Source: Desulfotalea psychrophila LSv54
GTDB taxonomy: Bacteria; Desulfobacterota; Desulfobulbia; Desulfobulbales; Desulfocapsaceae
Assembly: GCF_000025945.1 (NCBI RefSeq)
Contig: NC_006138.1
Coordinates: 3,360,001 to 3,392,000 of the forward strand
Direction: 5' to 3'
Length of the DNA stretch: 32,000 bases
This document shows, in pieces, positions 9,086 through 15,582 of the stretch (its first letter is position 1; the number at the start of each line of letters is the position of its first letter). A program made the translations under genes and the position numbers. The notes below the pieces were generated by a model, which was given only the letters and a program-made list of their open reading frames with translations, did no database searches and had not been told where the DNA came from.

Positions 9086-10083
9086 CGTGAGCCTCGACCA
9101 ACAACATGGGGATGTCCCGCACTAAAGCCCTCGCCAAAAACAATATCATAGTAGGCATCTATCTCGGCCTGCACATCAATACCGACAAAGGCCTCCGGAT
9201 GCAGACGATGAGCAAGCCAGAGCACCCCGGCCATGGAGAGCGGAGAGGGAAAATCCCAATAGGTATCTCGGGGAAAACGAAAAACCTGCTCGTTTTTAAC
9301 GGCGGCAAGAGAGGAAAATTGTGGTGACTGCAGGCGAGCCATACCTTTATCGGTGAGCCGATCGCTACAGAGTATGGCCTCAGGGTTCCAGGCAATGAGC
9401 TGTTCGCGGGTTATTGAGATAAAAAACCCCCTGGTATCATGGCTGACGTTATGGCCCCCGGCAAGCTCGATAATTTCATCTTGGAGCATATTGCCCGAGG
9501 AAGTTCGCAGGAGAGGATTAATGGTATAGTAAACCTCGGGCCTTGCCAACCCTGCCAGCCGCTCGGTCAATATCGACTGAATATGGGTCATGGCAGCAAC
9601 AACCCAAGTACTCTGCTCATCCCGTCCCGAGGCCCGGCCAATGAGCTGCAGGGTTTCCTGCATATCAGCCATGGTCTCCGGCGAAATTACAATTGTGGGA
9701 ATTCCCAGGGCAGTAAGCCGATTGGCAAGACGCACCCCATCCTTTTGCCCATACATGATGACCAGATCTGGATGCAAAGAGATAATAGTCTCAAGATTGA
9801 GACCAGAGGATCTGCTTCCCACCAGAAGAGGCACATCTTTTTTATGAACCAGAGCCTTGTAGATGGAGAGACTCATATCCTTACTGGTGGCAGCAACAAG
9901 GGTATCCTCAAGGCCGACACAGAGGGCAAAAACCGTGGCAGGAAGAAAGGTAGTTACCACCCGTTTTACCGGTTGGGGGATAGTTACCCGACGACCAACC
10001 TGGTCGGTTACGGTGACAGTACTTGCCATGGCAGAGGTCGTAAAAGGCAGGAGGCAAAGAACTAGGAAAAATATTTTTTTCAT
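9082..10083 (-). CDS. Periplasmic substrate-binding protein of the iron-complex/cobalamin/MolA (class II/III) type
   Basis: Signal peptide followed by TVTVTDQVGRRVTIPQPVKRVVTTFLPATVFALCVGLEDTLVAAT and HPDLVIMYGQKD. Start at MKKIFFLVL (cat at 10081-10083). Confidence 0.88.
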   Translation of the reverse strand: MKKIFFLVLCLLPFTTSAMASTVTVTDQVGRRVTIPQPVKRVVTTFLPATVFALCVGLEDTLVAATSKDMSLSIYKALVHKKDVPLLVGSRSSGLNLETIISLHPDLVIMYGQKDGVRLANRLTALGIPTIVISPETMADMQETLQLIGRASGRDEQSTWVVAAMTHIQSILTERLAGLARPEVYYTINPLLRTSSGNMLQDEIIELAGGHNVSHDTRGFFISITREQLIAWNPEAILCSDRLTDKGMARLQSPQFSSLAAVKNEQVFRFPRDTYWDFPSPLSMAGVLWLAHRLHPEAFVGIDVQAEIDAYYDIVFGEGFSAGHPHVVGRGSR

Positions 10084-10152
10084 GCTGTCCTCACGGCTGA
10101 AGCAGAGCAAGGCCCCAAAAAGGCCCTTCTCTGCTTACCTGTTGCTTAAATA

Positions 10153-12159
10153 TTAGAATGCGTACTGCACAATAAATTTGAAGTTAAAACCATTGGATGC
10201 CATACCATTACCCTCATAATAATCAGCATCGAGCAGGTTATTAATATAGGCTCCAGCGGTAAAGCCATTATCAAAATCTTTAAGCAGAGAGAGATCAAGC
10301 ACAAAGCTATCCTCTGCGACATTTTCCCCATCACCGACCAAAATATAATTATCTATTTTCCACAGGCCATGCAGGGTGAATTTTGCCTCGATCATGGGCA
10401 CCTGGTAACTGATCTTAGTGCCAATGGCATGCTCAGGGGTATCTTCAAGGTAATCGGAGCGCCTATCGGCCGAGTCATTACGGGCATGGGTCCAGGTATA
10501 GTCAATTCCCAGATTTACCCGCTCGGTAATCTCAGTGTCGGTGCTTAACTCGATACCATAGATTTTTGCCGAATCTATGTTGGTGGGGGTCTTATTTCCT
10601 GCTATCATCACAGTATCAATCCCATCCTCGACATCGTTATAAAAGGCAGAGAGGGTGACATTGGTCCTGTCAAAGAAGAGGTACTCGGCACCGGCGGTGT
10701 AGTTGATATTCTTCTCGGGATCAAGCACATAAACCTTACCACTTTTATCTTGCATGTCGGAAAAGGTGGGGAAGCGGGTCTTCTTGGCCACGGAACCAAA
10801 GAGACGCAGGCCACTCTCTCCTGTCCAGGTCAGCCCCAGCATGGGATCGATACTATCGCTATCATAACCATCATCATTACCGGCAATTTCAGAGACATCA
10901 AAATGGTTCCAGCCAACTCCAAGCACGGTGGAGAGAGGGCCCCAGGAGATGGTCTCTTGCCCGGCCAGGGTAAAGGTATCTGACTTTGAGTGCTTATAGG
11001 GGTCTATCTTCTCATGGCGATCCTTATGCTTATCCTCTCGGTACTGGGCCGTCAGGGTCAGGTCGCCAAAACGATTGAGGTCCATATCAGAAAAAATGGA
11101 AACCCCATAGGAGTCGTCGTCCCAGGTGCTGGTTGCCAGCTTATTTGCCAAGTTTTCACTCTCATAGAAGCTACAATCGTCCTTATGATTGTGATAAAAG
11201 GCCATGGTGCGGAGGGCCAGCCAGTCATTGGTCTGTACCCTACCACCCAGATCCACTCCCATATCCCGATAGCTGTCATAACGAGCAAAGGTGGAAAAAG
11301 CCCCCTTCACCTTATTATAACTGTCACTAAAGAGGCGACCACGCTCCAGCTCATAGTGATAGAGACTGGCATAGACCTCGGCCTCATCGGTGGGGGCATA
11401 GCCCAGACGGGTCCAGAGACTCAGTGATTCAAGCTCGGAGTTATTCTTCTTACCACCATCGTCAATTACCCGAGGGTTTGGGCGACCAGTTGGATCACCT
11501 TTTATCTTAGTTGCCACCGGTTGATAACTATCGGAAAAACGAAGGGCATCACGACGCCTGTAATCCACGGTACCCAGTACCGAAAAGCCATTCTCAGCGC
11601 CATAGTTGAGGCTAGCCACCTCACGATTATAACCATCACGTCCCAGCTCTACCCGCGCAGAGCCGGCAAAACCCTCCACCCCCTTCTTAGTAATAATATT
11701 GACCACACCACCCATGGCATTGGGACCATAGAGGACGGAGGAGGCACCCTTGATCACCTCTATCTTACCGATAATACTTGCAGGAATCTGCTGCAGATCA
11801 AGCGGGCCATTTTTGGTCTCATAATAAGGCACGCCATCAATGAGGACCAGGATATCCTTTTGCTGAAAACCCTGAATGGTAATATTTGAAGTGCCCTTGG
11901 TGGTTTGGACAAGATTCACCCCAGGCACAAAGGCCAAGGCCTCGGCGGCAGTGGTGGCACCAAGACTCTCTATCTCTTCCGCAGTTACCGTATTATTAAT
12001 GGCAACATCCTGAACACGGGAACTATCCCCTACAACAATTTCGCCCAGGGTAAAAACATTACTCTCATCTGTCGTTACCTGCCCTGCAAAGGCAAGCTGA
12101 GTCAATCCGGCAAAGCCAAGACAAAGAACGGATGTCTTCAGCAGCATACTTCTCTTCAT
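10153..12159 (-). CDS. TonB-dependent outer-membrane receptor
   Basis: Plug domain (VTAEEIESLGATTAAEALAFVPGVNL..VLIDGVPYYETKNG..IEVIKGASSVLYGPNAMGGVVNIITKKG), C-terminal beta-barrel ending in FNFKFIVQYAF, and signal peptide MKRSMLLKTSVLCLGFAGLTQLAFA starting at 12159. Confidence 0.95.
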   Translation of the reverse strand: MKRSMLLKTSVLCLGFAGLTQLAFAGQVTTDESNVFTLGEIVVGDSSRVQDVAINNTVTAEEIESLGATTAAEALAFVPGVNLVQTTKGTSNITIQGFQQKDILVLIDGVPYYETKNGPLDLQQIPASIIGKIEVIKGASSVLYGPNAMGGVVNIITKKGVEGFAGSARVELGRDGYNREVASLNYGAENGFSVLGTVDYRRRDALRFSDSYQPVATKIKGDPTGRPNPRVIDDGGKKNNSELESLSLWTRLGYAPTDEAEVYASLYHYELERGRLFSDSYNKVKGAFSTFARYDSYRDMGVDLGGRVQTNDWLALRTMAFYHNHKDDCSFYESENLANKLATSTWDDDSYGVSIFSDMDLNRFGDLTLTAQYREDKHKDRHEKIDPYKHSKSDTFTLAGQETISWGPLSTVLGVGWNHFDVSEIAGNDDGYDSDSIDPMLGLTWTGESGLRLFGSVAKKTRFPTFSDMQDKSGKVYVLDPEKNINYTAGAEYLFFDRTNVTLSAFYNDVEDGIDTVMIAGNKTPTNIDSAKIYGIELSTDTEITERVNLGIDYTWTHARNDSADRRSDYLEDTPEHAIGTKISYQVPMIEAKFTLHGLWKIDNYILVGDGENVAEDSFVLDLSLLKDFDNGFTAGAYINNLLDADYYEGNGMASNGFNFKFIVQYAF

Positions 12160-12517
12160 TTCCTCTCTCCTTTTACTTTCTTTATTTCTCACTATGACCA
12201 CTCCATAAGGCAGGAACCGACTTACCCGAAAATAGCCAGAGGAAAAATACCACAAAAGAAAATAAACACAATTTATATTAGTAATAACAAGAAGATAAAC
12301 AGGAGTTACAGGTTGGGTTCTACGGCATCTAAAGAACCTTAAATAACCAAAAGCAACAGAGCTGGGATGAACTACAGAACGGCAGGACAGGTACTAAAAT
12401 CCTCTGCCCCATTATGCCCTGCAGAAATCAAATTTTAGTTTACAGGGAAACACTCCTCAGAAGAAATAACAGACCCATATTAACCATGAATAACACATTG
12501 ACATTTCAATGTTTTTC

Positions 12518-12540
12518 AAATATGCAAAGTTTGCATATTT
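12518..12540. promoter_or_regulatory. Operator-like palindrome AAATATGCAAA-G-TTTGCATATTT overlapping a predicted -35 box
   Basis: Perfect 11-nt inverted arms. It contains AATATGCA-N5-TGCATATT, which recurs at 15300-15320. Candidate promoter: TTGCAT (12531-12536), 17 nt, TATATT (12554-12559). Confidence 0.6.
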
Positions 12541-12714
12541 AAAAACTTCCTGTTATATTGGCCTAACTACTTCAGACAGACAACAAAAGAGCAGAAGTCA
12601 AAGCACTTAATGAGGAAGAGGAACAACAAGGCTGCATAGAGAGATGAAAAATATTGACCGGTACCACTCTTGGCAGCACAGACAACTCACATTATAAAAT
12701 TCAGGATAGAGAAT

Positions 12715-13983
12715 ATGGTTAAAGAATATCTTTTCAGCTATAACAAAACAGTTGAACTCGACTTGGGTGAAAATTTTGATCTCTCTGCAACTGACACCAA
12801 GAAAAAGTATCTCATCTCAAACAGCAAAGAATCTCTTTCTGAAATATACGCCGCCGAGATCAACTTCTACTTTGAAAATAGCGAAGATGAACTTCAGGAG
12901 AAGATCCATAATATAAAGGAACTCTATAAGGCCAGATCAACAGCCCTTGATTACGACCAAACAATCGAACACTCAGTTGAGATAGGCAAGAGAATAACTA
13001 TCATTAGCCAAGGAGAACAGGCCAAGCTCAATGAGGCACTTCAGGCCCACGGATTCACCATCAGCACCCTCTCCCCAGCAGACATTTCTATTCAGGGCCA
13101 TATCGGCAAGCTCACCATTAGCTGCCAACAGGCAAAAGACTGTACTCAGAGCCAAACTGACCAGATCATCTGGTTCGACGCCCCCCAATACAGCTCTGCC
13201 ATAAGCGGCGTATATGATCCCAAAAGTTTCAGCCTTGAAGGACTTATCAGAAAGGTAAGTGAGAACTGTGGCGCCTATCCATTTTTAAACTATATAAAGC
13301 ATAACTCTTCCATCTGCCTGGACACCCTTAAACGGGGAGCATCCTGCCATAAATGTGCTGATATATGCCCAACAAATGGCATCGTCCACCGCAATGGAGA
13401 CTTACTCTTTTCTGCCATAGACTGTCAGGCCTGTGGACAGTGTATAAGCATCTGCCCATCCGGAGCATTAAGCTACGCCCAGATGCCGAGGGCCTCTTTC
13501 AAGGATATCTGCCTCTTCTATAGAGAAAAAACCGCCCTGCTTCTTCCCGAAGGGAGTGATCTTGAAAGGATCCGCCTACCGCTGAAAAAAGATGTTCTCC
13601 CCTTTGCCATTAAAACAGCGGGCTTTTTAGATGAGAGTCATCTGCTTACCCTGATCCAGACAAGCGGCAGACCCATTATTATCTACACAGATCAGCCCTC
13701 AGAGGTAACAAAAGAGATCGTCCAGCTCGTCAACGCTATCTTTCAGAGCAAATACCAGCGACCAGCCATATGTCTCTGCCACGATGCTAAAGAACTTGAG
13801 CAAGCAATGCAGGAGACATCTCCCCTTGCAGGCAGTATCTTTCAGCTTGATGTTGTCGCACCCAAAAAAAGAGAGATATTTTCCCTTCGCCTTGCCCACC
13901 TGGTGGGAGATAATGATCTGGGCACCCTGAGCACGGGTCCTCATATTCATTATGGGACCCTCTCCTTAAACCAGGAGAGCTGA
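12715..13983 (+). CDS. 4Fe-4S accessory protein of the formate dehydrogenase operon (N-terminal part; reading frame interrupted at 13981)
   Basis: Ferredoxin motifs CHKCADICPTNG and CQACGQCISICPSGA. AGGATAGAG precedes the ATG at 12715. Homologous-looking sequence continues in the -1 frame after the TGA. Confidence 0.75.
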   Translation: MVKEYLFSYNKTVELDLGENFDLSATDTKKKYLISNSKESLSEIYAAEINFYFENSEDELQEKIHNIKELYKARSTALDYDQTIEHSVEIGKRITIISQGEQAKLNEALQAHGFTISTLSPADISIQGHIGKLTISCQQAKDCTQSQTDQIIWFDAPQYSSAISGVYDPKSFSLEGLIRKVSENCGAYPFLNYIKHNSSICLDTLKRGASCHKCADICPTNGIVHRNGDLLFSAIDCQACGQCISICPSGALSYAQMPRASFKDICLFYREKTALLLPEGSDLERIRLPLKKDVLPFAIKTAGFLDESHLLTLIQTSGRPIIIYTDQPSEVTKEIVQLVNAIFQSKYQRPAICLCHDAKELEQAMQETSPLAGSIFQLDVVAPKKREIFSLRLAHLVGDNDLGTLSTGPHIHYGTLSLNQES

Positions 13984-14367
13984 CACTCTGCCTGAGCTGT
14001 GCTGATGTCTGCAATGTAGGGGCGCTAACAGCGCATCCTGAAGACAATACCCTGAGATACAATCCATCGATATGTACCCAGTGCGGATCTTGCCAGCTCA
14101 CCTGTCCCGAGAATGACTGCCTACACCTTCTCCCCGATCAACTCTCACTCACCCCCGAATATTTTAGGGATAATGTTCTTGCCCATGATGAAATTTTCCA
14201 ATGTGTGGAGTGTGGCATAGGTTTTGCCCCGGCAAAATCAATTGCAAAAATCATAAAAATCATGACCCCTCTCTTTGCCAATGACCCCCTAAGGATCAAA
14301 ACTCTCTCCTGCTGTTCCCATTGCAAGGCAAAGATAATGCTCGAATCCCTATCGATAGACAGCTGAC
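13984..14367 (+). pseudogene. C-terminal continuation of the 4Fe-4S protein in the -1 frame
   Basis: My translation of the shifted frame from 13980: LTLCLSCADVCNVGALTAHPEDNTLRYNPSICTQCGSCQLTCPENDCLHLLPDQLSLTPEYFRDNVLAHDEIFQCVECGIGFAPAKSIAKIIKIMTPLFANDPLRIKTLSCCSHCKAKIMLESLSIDS*. It has several further Cys clusters and no obvious start of its own. Confidence 0.65.
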
Positions 14368-14481
14368 AGGGACCAGAGGCAACTTACGCCTGAAGAGAAA
14401 CTCCTCACGGACGGGCACCCTGCTCAGACAGGATTAATCTTTTCAGCAAAGAGAACACATATACAACAAGAGGCGCTACCC

Positions 14482-15201
14482 ATGGATCTCAATTCTATCA
14501 ATAAAGCACGCACAGTATACTATGGCCTGTTCGCATCACTTTTTGCCTTCAACATGAGCGAAGATCATTTCAAAAACATTGTTCACTCCGTTGATAGATT
14601 GAGCAATGCCCCCATCGATGACCAGACAGGTGTAGCACTCACCCTGCTGAAAGAAAGCTTAGAGAGCGGTGGCTACTCAGGTTTAAAAAATGAAAATGAT
14701 ATGGTGTTTTTTAGCCCAACAACATCGTTTACGCCCATGACCGCATCCTACTATTCTGAGGAGAGGGATGATGGGAAAAAACGGGTAGAGATGATGAACT
14801 ACGTGCTGCAATCAAAGTTCAGAAGAAATAGTGATGAATATAAAGAGAATGAAGATCATATCGAATTCATTTGCCTCTTCATGCAAAAGCTCATCTACGA
14901 CGAACTGCAGGGAGAAAAACACTCTCAGTGCCTGGGCAAAAACATTTTTAAAGACATCTTAAACGATATGCTGAACCCACTCTGCCAGAGATTGGCTGAA
15001 CACGAGAATAGCCATATATACGGGCAAGTAGCCATTATTCTGAAATCGTTCGCCGATATTGAACGACTCTTTTTTGATATCAATGCACCGGCCATAGTTG
15101 ATGCCAGCAGATTGGCCAAGCCCAATATAAAACTCGGAAAAGAGAAAAAAGCTGCAAGAGAGATGGTGAAGAGAAACCACGATGAATTCAGCAGCATCTA
15201 G
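14482..15201 (+). CDS. TorD/DmsD-family molybdoenzyme maturation chaperone
   Basis: 239 aa helical protein. MDLNSINKARTVYYGLFASLF, VFFSPTTSFTPMTASYYSEERDDGKKRVEMM and HIEFICLFMQKLI look TorD-like, and it sits upstream of the FDH structural genes. Confidence 0.75.
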   Translation: MDLNSINKARTVYYGLFASLFAFNMSEDHFKNIVHSVDRLSNAPIDDQTGVALTLLKESLESGGYSGLKNENDMVFFSPTTSFTPMTASYYSEERDDGKKRVEMMNYVLQSKFRRNSDEYKENEDHIEFICLFMQKLIYDELQGEKHSQCLGKNIFKDILNDMLNPLCQRLAEHENSHIYGQVAIILKSFADIERLFFDINAPAIVDASRLAKPNIKLGKEKKAAREMVKRNHDEFSSI

Positions 15202-15299
15202 TCAGAATCATAAGAGATAAGCAGAGATCCATGACCTGCGCACAAAACACTTAAAAACGACCTTTACAGTATCTACTCTTTTGTTTTTTTTCGGCCGAT

Positions 15300-15320
15300 A
15301 ATATGCATTTTCTGCATATT
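15300..15320. promoter_or_regulatory. Second copy of the operator-like palindrome AATATGCA-TTTTC-TGCATATT
   Basis: Identical 8-nt arms and identical 5-nt spacing to the site at 12519-12539. It lies 37 nt upstream of the Tat-peptide/FDH genes. Confidence 0.6.
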
Positions 15321-15357
15321 AAAAGAGAGGATCACACGTCAAACAATAGGAGAAAGT

Positions 15358-15570
15358 ATGCATGAGGAGAGAAGAGATTTCCTAAAAACGACACTGGGAG
15401 CAGGTGTCGTGGGAGTTACAACTTTTTTAGCTGCCAAGACAGGCCTTGCGAGTGATAAAAGCCAGAACGCAACAAGCTCAAATGGAGTCGTAACAGGAAC
15501 ATCTCCCAAAAAAGAAATTCTCTACAAGAAAACAGCGAATTGGGATATTTACTACAAGTCATCGTACTAA
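15358..15570 (+). CDS. Small Tat-signal protein of the formate dehydrogenase region
   Basis: 70 aa: MHEERRDFLKTTLGAGVVGVTTFLAAKTGLA. GGAG RBS upstream, immediately before the catalytic subunit gene. Confidence 0.85.
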   Translation: MHEERRDFLKTTLGAGVVGVTTFLAAKTGLASDKSQNATSSNGVVTGTSPKKEILYKKTANWDIYYKSSY

Positions 15571-15582
15571 GAGGAGGATATT

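Noticed and set aside
9439-10065. Plus-strand 208-aa ORF
   Set aside because: It is antisense to the periplasmic binding protein gene.
10990-11427. Plus-strand 145-aa ORF
   Set aside because: It is antisense to the TonB-dependent receptor and has a repetitive beta-barrel shadow composition.
12160-12480. Cobalamin or other known riboswitch upstream of the TonB receptor
   Set aside because: I could not see a B12 box (GCCACTG-like) or another recognisable aptamer core on the minus strand. A cmsearch against Rfam would be needed to be sure.
12495-12512. Canonical FNR or CRP site
   Set aside because: The spacing and half-sites (ACATTG-N6-CAATGT) do not match TTGAT-N4-ATCAA or TGTGA-N6-TCACA. 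It is reported only as an unassigned inverted repeat.
13981-13983. TGA followed by ACTC at the end of the Fe-S accessory ORF as a second selenocysteine codon (both this and the FDH UGA are followed by CACTC)
   Set aside because: The frame after this TGA hits another TGA after three codons (CAC TCT GCC TGA), and the conserved protein continues in a different frame. A frameshift explains it better.
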